From a virus, in IMG/VR virus record IMGVR_UViG_3300032288_005778, positions 18,389 to 82,388 of that record: a stretch of 64,000 nt of DNA. One strand, given 5' to 3'. The position numbers and the translations under genes were made by a program. Below, piece by piece: positions 46,151-59,200 of the stretch (its first letter is position 1; each line of letters begins with the position of its first letter). The notes below the pieces were generated by a model that worked only from the letters and a program-made list of their open reading frames with translations, was not told the origin of the DNA and ran no database searches.

Positions 46151-47116
46151 TCAAGGGTAAGTTTGAGATTGTACTAATACAACACATTGCTTGTAGTGCA
46201 TTTTTGCAAGATTAATTGATGTAGAGTATCCACTCAATCGCTCATCATCAAATCCTGTGGGATTGCAATATAATTTAGTATCACCAATATTAAAATGGCT
46301 CATAACAGTTAGCGCCGTAGGGAAAGCTTCATCATAAAAAAAAGGATCATAATAAAAAAAGAATGGATGATTTCCCCCAAACACAACTAGCTGTAAATTT
46401 TCTCCTGCTAAGATAGGTGATTTTAAAGTTGTACTTTTGACAGTCAAAGTGATTACATGATTTGGGTTTGGATAGTTACTGCTATCATCTTCATAATCAT
46501 CAATAAACATAATCGGACACTTTGCAAAAGCGGCCATATTTTGCTCTTGACTGAGCAGATCAACAAAAGGAAAAAGCGGGGAACTGATTTCGTTGGACAA
46601 TACTTGAAAATTCTTAACTAGTACCTCACCAAACACTAGCGGTATAGGTGTCCCTTCTTTGACGTTGTACCCAGCCGCTTGAAAGAAGGTCGATCTAGCT
46701 TCTTCTTTCTTGGGATTGCCATTGACTAGTGAACTAAGCAGGGATGTAGCACCGCTTAATATCAAGGATATACCTAGTCCGCTCGCTGCTCCTGTAGCTA
46801 CCAGTGCAATACCAATACCAATCATAGCGATACTGGTTAAGGTGCGTCCTGAACTTTCAACTACTGGGGTAATTTCTACTACGCATCCAGTGACAGGCAG
46901 TATGACAGACGGGGAATCTTCTATGATGCAGCGTTCCCAATTGTTGCCCTTCACTACCATTGTGTAGTGCCATTCAGATCCTAGTACGTAGTGCCTAAAA
47001 TCAGGGAAATTACAGCACAGAAAATTAATAACCTCTTGGGGTGTATTTAGTCCCCCTTTTATTTCCGGCGCAAATTCAACACCCAAGATCCCATTTAACT
47101 TTATTGTTGTTAGCAT
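46151..47116 (-). CDS. Tail assembly protein I-like with C-terminal extension
   Basis: IKLNG.LG.EF, L...FPDF, I.PV..SG, G.PIPLVFGE. Confidence 0.85.
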   Translation of the reverse strand: MLTTIKLNGILGVEFAPEIKGGLNTPQEVINFLCCNFPDFRHYVLGSEWHYTMVVKGNNWERCIIEDSPSVILPVTGCVVEITPVVESSGRTLTSIAMIGIGIALVATGAASGLGISLILSGATSLLSSLVNGNPKKEEARSTFFQAAGYNVKEGTPIPLVFGEVLVKNFQVLSNEISSPLFPFVDLLSQEQNMAAFAKCPIMFIDDYEDDSSNYPNPNHVITLTVKSTTLKSPILAGENLQLVVFGGNHPFFFYYDPFFYDEAFPTALTVMSHFNIGDTKLYCNPTGFDDERLSGYSTSINLAKMHYKQCVVLVQSQTYP

Positions 47117-47886
47117 AAGCGTTTTAATCGGTAGTGAGCCACAGTTCTTTGTCTTAGATATCTTCCATAAGGTTCGATTTTACTGCAAGACTGTGGGGAC
47201 ATTGAGTGTAGAATTAGGTTCTGTTCCGCATTAACTAATACTGCGGCGTGATTTGGTTCTGTTCCATCTCTAAGTGCGATCGCAAAGATATCATGCTGCT
47301 TAATTTTCATCCCTGGTGGCATGAGTATTAGTTGCCGACTAAGATCAAGTGGACACTTATAGTCTTTACTGGGAAAATTGTCAGTATCGGTTCGAGTAAA
47401 TTCCCCAAGGTCAACCCCAATCACGCCTAAGCAATATCTTCTGACTATTGAGAAACAGTCAGAGCGCCCCCACTGAAAGGGTATGTTTTGATAAAATTCT
47501 GTTTGTTTAGGATTAAGTTGTGTATATTTAAGCGGGAACGGGTTAGGGTTGTTAGGTTCGTAGTAGTCCCAAGCGTCTGAGCGTGGGTGATACAAGATGA
47601 TAGGTTTTTGAGTTTGGTGACTCATCTCAATATCGGTATAGGTGAAGTGATTGGGATGAGAACCTAGGTGAGTATGCCAAAATGCCTTGATATTATCGTA
47701 GCTAAATTTTGACAAGTCCCTATGATCTATCCTGCTATTATTTACCGGATCTGGATGCACGTTTTTCAGTGCAATGACACTGGTTTTTAATAAGCCGCCT
47801 AACACCAACCCACAGGACTCTATTTGAATATTAGCCTGGGAATCAAGGATGTTTTTGATTTGTTCTTTGATTAAACTATTAATCAT
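47110..47886 (-). CDS. Tail assembly protein K-like (JAB/MPN + NlpC/P60)
   Basis: ESCGLV, WHTH...F...D; FQWGRSDCFS..R; NHAAV..ILH. Confidence 0.88.
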   Translation of the reverse strand: MINSLIKEQIKNILDSQANIQIESCGLVLGGLLKTSVIALKNVHPDPVNNSRIDHRDLSKFSYDNIKAFWHTHLGSHPNHFTYTDIEMSHQTQKPIILYHPRSDAWDYYEPNNPNPFPLKYTQLNPKQTEFYQNIPFQWGRSDCFSIVRRYCLGVIGVDLGEFTRTDTDNFPSKDYKCPLDLSRQLILMPPGMKIKQHDIFAIALRDGTEPNHAAVLVNAEQNLILHSMSPQSCSKIEPYGRYLRQRTVAHYRLKRLC

Positions 47887-47957
47887 TTGTGGTCAGGAAA
47901 AGTCGGATTTTACTTATTAAGTATGATAGCATATCTAATATTAATTAATAAAAAAAT

Positions 47958-49868
47958 ATGCTAAACACAACATTATTGTCACCCGCAGTTCAGGCGCTTG
48001 TTTCTACTTGGATTGGGGTAATTAGACAATCTGATCAGAACCCAGTGGATAAATATGTAGAAATGCTTAAAGAGTCCCCTGTGGCTTCAGCAGCTAACGA
48101 TCTGCGGACACTTTTAGGTGTTTCCATGATGGGGAAATACCAGCACCTTGATGAGAATATTCAGGAATTTGTATTAACTTCCATTAACAGAATGGATGGG
48201 AGTTGGTCAAGTGTAATTGCGGAAATCTTAACCTTTGTTCCCTTTGGTAGGTCGTTCTCAGAAGTCAGTTATGCCATTAAAAAACGCAAAGCTTATTTGG
48301 ATAAAATCAGAACCATTGACCCTCGCTACTATTGGTTTGAAGGTTATTCTGGCAACATCAAACAAGTCCATTATTTAAAAAATACTGATATTTATATTCC
48401 CTATGAGAATGGCGTTCATTTAATTAATCAACCACACCTAGCATTGGGTGGCGACCCCTATGGAGTAGCAACCTGTCGTAAAGCTTACCCCTTCTGGGAG
48501 TTGACTAAAATCATCAATGCCTGTTTAGCAATCATTAGTGAAACCCAGGGTAAAATGCTGGTTGGTAAAACAGACACAGCGAATAATTCAGCAGTCATGA
48601 TTAACCCGGATACAGGTTCACCCTACTTAGATCCTGCAACGGGAGAGCCTAAGCTGTACAACCAAGGTTATGTAATGTCTAAGAGCCTTGCCGAAAGCAG
48701 AACTAACGCTTTTGCGGTGATTGATATTGCTGATGAGATATTTGCAGTTGCCAACGAAACTAATGGTGATTTTTGGATTAATATACTTAGCTACTTAGAG
48801 TCTATGATTATGCTGTCGTGGCTAGTGCCTAAAACCGTTACAGGCATGGGTATGAGTGGTAGTGGTGACAGCAACCTCAACGCTGGCCACAGAAATATCC
48901 TAGAACTGGTAATCAAGTCACAGATGGAATTAGTGGGGGATACCTTAGTTGAAAAGGTGATCCGTCCCATGATTGAATTTAACTTTGGCGAGCAAAAAGA
49001 CTACGGTGTTTTTCCCGTCAAAACTCAAGACAATGAAGACGCGATCGCTCTTTTAAGTGTTGTCAATAATTGCGTGACCAGTGGTACTTTCAGTAGTGAG
49101 GATTTAGCGGTGGTCAATAGGATGAGGGAACTAGCAGGGATTGTTCCTTTAGAGTCGTTAGAAACCAGTGTAGACACAGAGGAGGACGTGACTGAAAAAA
49201 AGTATAGTTCCTGGGCAACTAAGTCTACCCAGGAGTCAAATAGCTTTTATTGGAACGCTAATAGCCAACGATACCACTATGCAAATGGCAACAAGAAAGG
49301 GCAATTTGTCAGAGAGAAGGATGTAGCCAGAATTACAGAGAAAGCCATAGAATACGAATTACAAGTAGGGAACAAAATCACTAAAGATTTGCTATCAGGC
49401 AAAATCAATGTCAGCACGTGGGAACAGCAGACAGCCCAATCCATCAGGAATCTAGCCATCTACCAATACTCATTAGGTATAGGTGGTATCAAACAAATGG
49501 ATTGGCGAGACCATGCCGAAATAAGTGGTAAAGTAAATTTGCAATACCAATATCTGCGTGGTTTTTCTCGTGACATTATCCAGGGTAATTTGTCAGAAGC
49601 ACAGATACTAGCCAGGGTGCAGATGTATTACAACAAAACCAGGCATTTCTATGAAGATGGCAAACTAGAAGGTCACGCAAGAAATGGGTTCTTGTGGGAA
49701 AGAAGGGTTTTAGCGGCTTTCCATAGTTGCGATGATTGCGTGCGTTATAGTAGCGTAGGGTGGGCAAAGATTGGAACGTTGCCCAACCCAGGAGAAAATT
49801 GTCAATGTCGGGCAAATTGCAAATGCGTCAAATACTACTCAAAATCACCAATTTTACCCAGTCTCTAA
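47958..49868 (+). CDS. DUF935-type portal protein fused to a phage MuF-like head morphogenesis domain
   Basis: FGRSFSEV.Y, GGDPYG, IRPMIEFNFG; C-terminal W.R...HSCDDC...LP.PG..C.CRANCKC. Confidence 0.75.
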   Translation: MLNTTLLSPAVQALVSTWIGVIRQSDQNPVDKYVEMLKESPVASAANDLRTLLGVSMMGKYQHLDENIQEFVLTSINRMDGSWSSVIAEILTFVPFGRSFSEVSYAIKKRKAYLDKIRTIDPRYYWFEGYSGNIKQVHYLKNTDIYIPYENGVHLINQPHLALGGDPYGVATCRKAYPFWELTKIINACLAIISETQGKMLVGKTDTANNSAVMINPDTGSPYLDPATGEPKLYNQGYVMSKSLAESRTNAFAVIDIADEIFAVANETNGDFWINILSYLESMIMLSWLVPKTVTGMGMSGSGDSNLNAGHRNILELVIKSQMELVGDTLVEKVIRPMIEFNFGEQKDYGVFPVKTQDNEDAIALLSVVNNCVTSGTFSSEDLAVVNRMRELAGIVPLESLETSVDTEEDVTEKKYSSWATKSTQESNSFYWNANSQRYHYANGNKKGQFVREKDVARITEKAIEYELQVGNKITKDLLSGKINVSTWEQQTAQSIRNLAIYQYSLGIGGIKQMDWRDHAEISGKVNLQYQYLRGFSRDIIQGNLSEAQILARVQMYYNKTRHFYEDGKLEGHARNGFLWERRVLAAFHSCDDCVRYSSVGWAKIGTLPNPGENCQCRANCKCVKYYSKSPILPSL

Positions 49869-49870
49869 GC

Positions 49871-50050
49871 ATGAAAGAAGATTTAATACCATTAACGCTA
49901 GGCTTATTCAGCGCATTGATTGTAGTTACGGTTCTTGTGATACCAAACACAAGTGACAGCAAAGTCAACGGTGCGTACAACGTGGCGCTGGCATTGGGAT
50001 CAGGAGCAGCAGGGATGGCAGCCCCCAAGGGAGGTAAGAAAAGTGACTAA
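49871..50050 (+). CDS. Small two-TM membrane protein (holin-like)
   Basis: MKEDLIPLTLGLFSALIVVTVLV...AYNVALALGSGAAGMAA, basic tail. Confidence 0.5.
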   Translation: MKEDLIPLTLGLFSALIVVTVLVIPNTSDSKVNGAYNVALALGSGAAGMAAPKGGKKSD

Positions 50051-50203
50051 CTTTAAACCTGAATTTGAAGAGTTGCCACCTTTAGAGGAGCTAATAGAGG
50101 CACTCAAGATTAATGAGAACGTAGTCCAGGAAGTAATTACAGAGTTTGTTCAGAACCCTCCAATCCCTGAATTAGCAAATCTACCCTTAGCGGAATAAAC
50201 ACA

Positions 50204-50227
50204 GAAGCGGGATTTACCCGCTTTTTA
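50204..50227. terminator. Terminator between the portal unit and the tape measure gene
   Basis: aagcggg-attta-cccgcttttt. Confidence 0.65.
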
Positions 50228-53200
50228 TTACCGCTTGTAAGGATTACCTCTGCTGATAGAACCACCGGGTCTTAGTTGCCTACGGATACCATCGCTCACA
50301 AGTGCCTCTACAGTTTGTGCCAATCTAGCGGAATCAACCTCTGAATCATTGCCACTTACGGATACACTGACAGGCACATTAACAGTAGTAGTATTACCAA
50401 TCCTTGAGGCCATCTCACCCTTACCACCACCGACTATACCACCATCAGCAAAACCAGTAATACCAGATTGCAACCTATTCCAGATAGCTGTTTCCCTGTG
50501 ATTAAGAATACGCTCACCTTCAGAAGCTACTACCAGGTGTGGTGTCCTACCAGTGAGAGAGCGTTCCTTGTTCATTGCTCCCACAATCCCCCCGTTGGCA
50601 AAATTCTGGATTTTACCCAGGGTATCTTCATCAATCATGCCACCCTTAGCAAATCCTGAGAGGTCCAGTGAGCCAAAGTCAGCAGATCCTAGTGCATCAA
50701 AATCAAAGGAACTAAAATCAAAATCGCCTGGGGAAAAGGAATCAATATTGCCAAGTCCCATGGTGCTAAGAACACTAGAACCAGCCATACCGGGGAAATC
50801 AGGCATAGGGGAATTACTACCAATTGCAGACAGAGACGCGGCTGCTTGTTGTAGTTGCAATGCTGCTGTGTTTAGATTTTGGGCTGGTGGTTGTATCCAG
50901 TTAAAGAGCGCATCAGTCATGTACTTGGATGCAATTTCAGCCAAACTATCAAGGATAGTATTAGATATTCCCTTCCAAAGCTTATCCAGTGAATCAGCCC
51001 AACTACTTCCTTCTTTGTTCCAAATAAATTCTTTAAGGGCGCTCTTAAAGCCACCTGTGAAAGACTTGAGAACCTGACTAAACTCTGAATATTGAATCTT
51101 AATAGCTTCTGATTTTAATGCCATTTCCGCGTCTAAATTTTCTCTAAGCGCGATCGCATTTTCGTTACTGATTCTCATGTTTTCAATATCTTGTTTTAGT
51201 TGCATCCTCTTCTGTGCGTACTCATGGTTTAAATTAATTTGGGCTATCTGCTTATCAATTCTTTCCCCAGCCAGTTCAAGTCCTAGTGCCTTAGCCAGAT
51301 TACCTTTACCCTCTAATACAGTCTTAGCGGAATCAGATACCTTAATACCAGCGTCTAATTCTGCTTTTTGATTTTGTAGTTCACCCTTGCGAGTATCGCG
51401 CTCAGATTGTTTTCTAATTGCACCTAACTCAAGTCCACTGTTTACCTTGAGAGCATCTATGCGTTGTTGCCTTTGTTCTGCGGTGAGTTTAGTATTGTTT
51501 TGGGTATCGAGGATTTCTCTGTTAAGTCTGTTTAATGCACTTTCCTGTTCCAAGGTAGCCCGCTTAGAAATATTAGCAACATCTACCATGCCATCTGCGG
51601 CTGTGGCTGCAAACATCTTTGCCTGTAAATCTAAGTTTTTAATACCAACATCCTCAATCAAGATTTTGACATCTAAAGCATTTATTTCTCGTTCAATTTG
51701 TTTGGCTAAATTGTCAGTATTGTACTGCATATCAATTTTTTCTATTCCTAGTTTATAGGTTGTTTCAATCGCTTTTCTTCTGCGCTCAAAATCCTCTTTA
51801 GTCATTGTTCCCCGCTTAGTTCTCTGTTGCTCTAGTAATTCATTCTCAGATTTTAGTTTTTGATTTTGTAAACCGACGATCGCTACTATTCGCTCCATTG
51901 ATGGTATCTGCAATATATCTTTATTTAATGGGAATGATTTTTCAATTTGTTTAAGCAACTCTAGCTGACTTTGCAGTACGCCTATATCAATACCAAGATT
52001 GTCAGATGTACGGGTGTTTTGTGCTATTTTTTGCCTAATTTTAAAATCATCTAAAAGTCGTTGTAGGATAATAGGTTTGTTTTTTACCAGGGCATTTAAT
52101 TGGTTTTGGGCTGACTGGGCTTCTTTGGTATTGGAACTTTGCAAAGCACTATAGAGTTTTTGCAGTTCTTTCCCGTCCGTTTTTATGCCAAGTGATTGAA
52201 GTCGCTTAACCAAATTGTTAATTTCTTCTCCAGACAGATTGGGCATTTGGGATGCGCGAACAATCTTTCTGCGGTTATTAATTTCTTCATCTATCCTGAG
52301 TGATTCCTCTGCGTATGCTAGATCAAATTTTTGCTGTTCAGTAGCAGCAGGGTCACTGTCAAGAAACATTTTCCTGGTATTTAGTTTACCGCGTCGTGTA
52401 CGTAGGTCTGTATCAGCAATTTTGTTTTCAGTCTCTATTTTTAATTTTCTCAGATCCGTTAAGGCTCTGATTATGGTGGACCTCTCCTGTTCTTTTGAGA
52501 GTCTAATTTGTTCCTTTGTTAACTGTGTCTTTGTCCGTGTATTAGCAGTGGATGCTTCAGGAATAAGTCGTTGTTGTGTTTTGGGATCAAGTGTTTGCCC
52601 TCTTATCTGTTTTTCTGTTAGTTCTCTAGCAGTGTTTTGAAGGGTTTTTGTTGGTGTAGTTTTTGGTGTAGTTTTTTTTGTGGTTTTTTTTGTGGTTTTT
52701 GGTGTAGTTTTTTTTGTGGTTTTTGGTGCTTGTTGTTGATTTCTCTTTTGTTGTTCATCATAAGGTTTTTTTACCGGTCCTATTGGAGCTTGGTTAGGCC
52801 GAGAACCTGGGTTATTTTCAGCTACTCTTTTGCCAAATCCAAACACTGAAGTCGTCATATTCCATGCTCCTCTTCCAAGATTTTTTAGCCAGGATGGACT
52901 AACATTTTCAAGCTTTTTTAGCCAGGATGGACTAACATTTTGTGGAACTAAACCCAGTTTTTCAGTATCAGGATCTATTTCGTCAAAAAACCAATTACCA
53001 AATCTAGTTATAGGGTTTCGCCGTTTCCCTTCAACTGCATCTCGGAAAAATTTGCTAGGATTTTTTTTGATACCGTCTATTGTCACAGAAACATCAACCC
53101 CGCCGCTTCCTTCTAACATACCATCCTGCGTACCTAAGACTTGTCCAGCCGTAATAGATGCTCTCTTGTCTTTGCCGAACTTGATGTTTTTGTCTATATC

Positions 53201-56200
53201 AAGTCCTTCATATCTGATTTTCAGTAATCTTCCATTAATCTTTTTTTGTACTTCTACTGTATTTGCGTTCACTTTTAATAGCGACCCCGTGATAGACGAA
53301 AGCAATTTTTGGGTTTCACCACCATAAATTGTTATTTTTTTATCTGAATTAACCGAGTAATTTTCCTTATTAAATTCAGAGATATTCATTCCGTCAATCG
53401 GGGAGACAATGGCATTATCGGGAGGCTTGGGTTTATTATTTTTTGGTTTGCCGCCAGGCAGGGCTTGAGCCACTAATTGAGGCTGTGGAGGTAGGTAAGG
53501 AACGTCACTGGCAATCCCTGCCACTAAGACCCCTTTGCTCATGGATGCGATCGCTGTCGGATTAATGGCGGGTAATTCTGATTGCTTTGTTGGTATTCCC
53601 AACTGCCTGTACAGATCGTTGTTGGGTTTTTTGGGATTAGATATAGGTGTAATTGGATCGCCAGGTACGAATAGCGAAGGAGGTACAGGCGTGTTAGGGT
53701 TGCCTGGCAATGAAATAACAATGCTAGGCATGGAGTTAAGATTAGAAAATGTGTTAGACACCCTTGTTAGTGCCATGTTTAACCCGTTGGTAGAATTAAC
53801 CACATCTACCCCTAGCATTTTGTTGATGCGCTCAATCTCTTTACCAATGTCCAATAAAGTGCCACCAATACCTTTTAAGGATTGATTGAATTGCCCAAGT
53901 TTACTGGGGTCTAAACCAGGAATACTACGCTGCAACTCAGACATTTTTAACTCCATGTCTGTAATACTATTTCGGTATTCTAGTTTTTGCCTTTCCTGAT
54001 CAATTCTGATGTTTTCAATCTCACCAAGTTGCTGAAATATATTAATTAAACCTTCTACAAACTCAGTAACAATGTTAGTTCCCGCTCCAATTAATGCCTG
54101 TCTCAACCTGTTAGCAAATCCCAGGTTTTTGATACTGACAATGGCTTTTTTGTATTCAATAACGGCTAATTCAGATTCTCTAATATTTGTCCGGTAGTAT
54201 TCCGCCACCTGTTTAGTCTGGTCAATTAACGCTTGATTAGCTTCGCGTCGGGCTTTGGCAATCTCAAGGACATTCTGGCTAATCTGTTCCTTATCCTTCA
54301 TGATGTCCTGCTGTAGCTTCTCTATCTCTGATGTCAGCCCAGCCATGTCACCGACCCCTAACGCAAGGGCAACATTCAGATTTTTTAGGTTAGATTCCTT
54401 AACTGTTAAACTCTTGTTAAGCTCAGATTGTTGAGTCTCCAGATCCTTGATTTGTTGCTTGGATAATTCAGGAGCAATCTGCTGAGATGTCAAATTGGTT
54501 TTGTTGTAAATTTTGGATTGGGATAGGTTCGATGCTATCTTATTGGCATTCATGTTTGCATTGTACTTAGTCTCAGCGTCCTTGAGTGCGTTGGTTGCCT
54601 GAGTGTACATACTTTCAGATATTTCTGCAATACTAAACTGATTTGCAGTCGCCAACATCTTTTCAAGTTGATTTAGCGTTTCTCTAAGTTGCTTGGTAGT
54701 AACCTTCCTTTGTGCTTCTGGAACATCGCTCTTAGTCTGAATTTCAGCTATTTTATCTTTGGTATCTTTGATCGATCTCTTGAGTGCGGGCGTGATGTCG
54801 CCAAAGCTGCCAACAAATCCCTCCCTTTGCTTTTGCAGTTGTTTAATCAGTTCCCTGGTTGTTCCTGCTTTAGAGCGTAAAGCAGAGCTAGGGTTTGTTC
54901 TTAGTTGTTCCTGTAAGTCCACAAACTCAGTAGCAGCTTTCTTGAGTCTAGCGTCAATATTCTTGATCTCATCATAGTTAAGTCTGCGTTGGGCTGAAGC
55001 ACCAATATTTGTTTGTAAGGTGGCTTTTTGTTTTTTTAAGTTCTCTAATTCTTCTTTTAATCCTTCTCTTACTGCTATTTGTTTTCGATTCTCAGGATCA
55101 CGTATACCTCCTCTAGTATCAATATACTTGTATGTAGAACGATGATCTGCTATCTCTTTTTCTTTCTCTTCAATCTGCTTATCAATTGCATCCATTTTTG
55201 ACTTATTGCCATAATTAGCCATGAAGTTCAATTGCATCAACTTTTTATTTTTTTCAAGTTGAGCGAGTTCAGCTTGTACCTTTTTATAAGGATCTCCTGA
55301 TCTTGCTGCTGACTTTTCAACTTCCGTGTCTGCATTGTCTTCTATTGCTTTCAGTGATTTTCTTTTGTTTTCAATATCAGTATTAATGTTTTTTACTTTA
55401 TCAGTATCTTCAAATTCTTTCCTTTGTTTTTCAGACATAGTAGCCCGTGGTGCAACAAAGTTATTGGGGTTGCCATCTAGTCCTGCTGAGTTGGCAAATT
55501 CGCGTAGTCGCTCATTGTTCAATTTCTGATCATTGTAAAGTTTAATAACCTGTTGTGACGCTAAATCTAATCTTTCGCCTTCTTTCTTGGCATTGATAAT
55601 CTGCTTGATTTCAGGTGGCAACCCACCCTGGTTTTCTGCGTTGTTTAGTTGTGCTTCAGTAATCTTAGGAGCAAACAAATCTAAAGCAACAGTAGTTAGT
55701 CCTATGGCGGCGACAAGTCCTGCGATCGCTAAACCCCAGGGTCCCATTATAGCAACCACAGGAGCTATCGCTGTAGCAAGTCTGCCGAAAAGAGGAACAG
55801 CCATACGTGGTCCAGCCGCCGACCCTAGTGCTGCATTTGAAGCCAAGATTGGACCTGCTTTTACCGCAAGGTCTACAATTGCTTTTGCTGCTTTAGCACC
55901 AGCAGCATAACCATATCCAGCACCTCCGGCATATAAAGCACCAGTTCCTATAACATCCATTGCGCTTGGACCCTGTGGACTCCCGCCTTTACCATCTGTT
56001 CTGTATTTCGCGTTAGTTTCCCGTACTGCATCGTCCCATTTCCAATCACCGCCACCCCAGAGACTTCTAATATCTAGTTGCACACCCTTAGATGGTAAAG
56101 CGTTAGCAATACCATTGCCCAGTTCCTCTACTGATTTAGTGGCTTTGTTAAACGCTTCGGTGGTTTTGTTGATATTTAGTCTGACATCAGTTAAGTGTCT

Positions 56201-59200
56201 GTTAATGTCTGCGGTAGACTTATTAATTGATTCTCTCATAGGGTCGCTAAAGTCACCCTTAGAAAACATGAGAGCAGCATAGCCTATGCTAAAGTGCAAC
56301 AACGCTTTACTCAAGAAGGCCAGCCCCCCCTGAACTATTGCCATACTTCTTGCGTTTCTAACCGCCACATCGTTCATAGCGTTTCCAGCAACAGCAGAAG
56401 ATGTCATCATTAATTCAGTAACAGATTTAATTGTCCCCATTACTCCATAAAATGCTTTTGCCGTAGCACCAAATATTCCGGTAATGCCTCCCCACAAGCC
56501 TTTAATAGCAGGCCACAGAGCCGCAACCATTAAGCCCGTCCCCTGTTCTAGCATGAATACTATAGCGAGTAGTTCTACCAATCCAGATGGAATAATTTTA
56601 AAGAATCCTGCAAACACTCCTTTAAGCCATTCCATGATATTACCAGCCTGTTGTGCGCCTTGGATTAAGCCACCAAACATACTAGAAAAACTAAATTGAT
56701 TGTTACTCATGGAACGCATGACTGAATCTATAGTCCCAAAAACAGTGACAAACATATTGCTAATGCCTTGGAACATATTGTCCATAAGGTTCTTTTCTGC
56801 ACCTAACCAGCCATCGGCAACGTCAGACATTACACCAATAACCATAGGCATCATATTGGTGGTAATAGCGGAAAAGGTAGCTAACAAGAAGCTTTGCAAG
56901 CTTGTCATTACAACTAAGAATGGCTTAAATTTGGAAAGAATGATTGTTAATCCTATGCTGATTGTGGCCGCAAATCCAATCATAAAGGATTGGGCTAGTG
57001 GTATTAAATCTTTTAATGCACCGCTAAGTACGCCTAAAATATTAGCAAAGCTGTTTACAAAGAATGCTAGTGTGCCACCAAGTTTATCAGTAAATATTGT
57101 TGTAATCTCAAAGCCTACATTACCTAGTTTGTTAAGCGCAACTACCAGTCCCCCGGCTTGGTTAGCGGCAGCGTTACCATAATCTTCTTTTAATACTTTG
57201 GCTACTTTAGGTAAAATATCTTGGGACAAAATCCCGCCAGATGCTACCAGGGCATTCATTTCTGGCACTGATACACCCATAGCTTTGGCAAATACAGCCA
57301 TGGCAGGAGGGAATTTTTCACCTAACTGCTGCCTGAGTTCTTCCATGGATAATTTGCCTTTAGCCAATATTTGTGTATATGCCACGAAGACTAAACTAGC
57401 ATCTTGTCCATTAATACCTAACGCGCTTAAAGATGAGGTGATACCTTCAAATAGTTCCTTAACCCCTTGACCTTCCATCTTGCTGTCTTTAGCCGCGATC
57501 GCTAGTTGGGAATAAGAGTTAGCAGCTACTTCTGAAGGCACATTAAGTTTGTTGGCAATATCTTTTGCGTAATTAAATTCTGCTTTTCCGCCCTCTGTTG
57601 ATCCGCCTAAAAACTTAAATCTTCTCTGTAGCGCCTCTACCCTTTGAATGCCATCTATTAATTTAGCTACGTGGGGTGCAACCATGTTTACAGCCATGCC
57701 TATACCTGTAATGATTGGAGCTAAAGGTAATAACAATGGCGTGATTGCACCTATCATGGTAGTAATTGGTGCTAAAGTGGTAGCAATTGAGCCAAAGAAT
57801 TGAAGAACATTGGGGAACATCTCATCGCCTTGGCTGCGATCTTTAAACAGCAAGTTTTTCACCCCAGACCCCATCTGGTTGTACATTTCTGTAAATTGGG
57901 ACTGAGTGGCTGCTGTACCCCTAAACATACGGCGGAATATTAATCCCACGGAGTCACCAAAATTAGCTTGTCCTAATGCTTTTTTGGCGTTGTACTCTAA
58001 ATCATCTTTGGCGTTAGCTAAATTCACCATTGAGTCTTTTAAGCCTTTAGCCAAGGCTTTACCCATGTCAAAGCCTTTTTCTCTAAATTTAGCCTGTAGC
58101 CCGCTCAACGTGGTCATCAATCCTGCGGTGGCTGTGTCTAAAAGCTTAGGGTCGATGTTGTTAATTTGCTTGGCAGACATCCCAGTTTTTCTTAACCCTT
58201 GCTTGACCAGTTCCTTCATTGCATCCTGGTCATTACTGGCGTAAGCTTCTGTGAATCTACCCATGAATCCGCCTGTACGGGGATTGTCTCTCAAGTTGTC
58301 AGCAAAATTGCTTAAACCTTGTCCGCCCTGTGACTGTTGAACCTGCTTTCTTTCAGCGCGACTCATTCCGCGCTCTTGCAAAACAGACATTGCCATAGCA
58401 TCCCGTTTTCTTGTGGCTACATCATTTCCCATCCTTGCTGCATGAGATTCAAAGTCACCCATAAACTTCAGAAGTTTACGCTCTCTAGCGGTTAAATCAA
58501 TTGGGGATTTAGTTATTTTTTCACGGGCTGCGGCTAATTGTTCCGGTGTCATGGCATTACGCACAGATTCAGTGACACCACGCTCTCTTAGTATTTGTTT
58601 AGTGAGTATGTCTGCTCTTGCACCAACATCTGTTCTACCTGATTGAACGGTTTTTTCTAATAATTGTTCAGCCTTGCTTTTTTCAACTCCAAACGCATTA
58701 ATAGCATCTGCTATTGTTGCTGATCTCTCTCCCATTTTCCTGCCAATCAATTTTTGAATTACAGACCTAGGAATAACAGGAACATCAAGGCTATTCAAAA
58801 CACTATTTAGTAAAGTATTTCCTAGGTTTTCTACTAGTTCTTTACTAGCAATACTGGCATTAGCAGCAAGATTTTGTCCTACCCCTGTGTTGATATTGGT
58901 GCTAGTACCAACTTCTTTGACATCACGCAAGAGAGCTTTTTTTCTGTTGATTTTAGTCTGGTCTTGTAATACTTTTTCAATAGTAGGAGCTTGTTTTTTG
59001 GGGTTGGGATTCACTGATTTATCTAGTCCTAAAATGCCACTAAAAGCGTCATAAAGCGGGCTTGCGCTTGATATCCCTAGCCCCAGTAATGGATTAAACC
59101 GTGAACCAACCAACAGAGGTACTGGACTTGCAATATTTTTCAAAAACCCTGCAACGCCAGCAGTTTTAGTTCCCGACAAAGCCGATAAATCTATTCTAGT

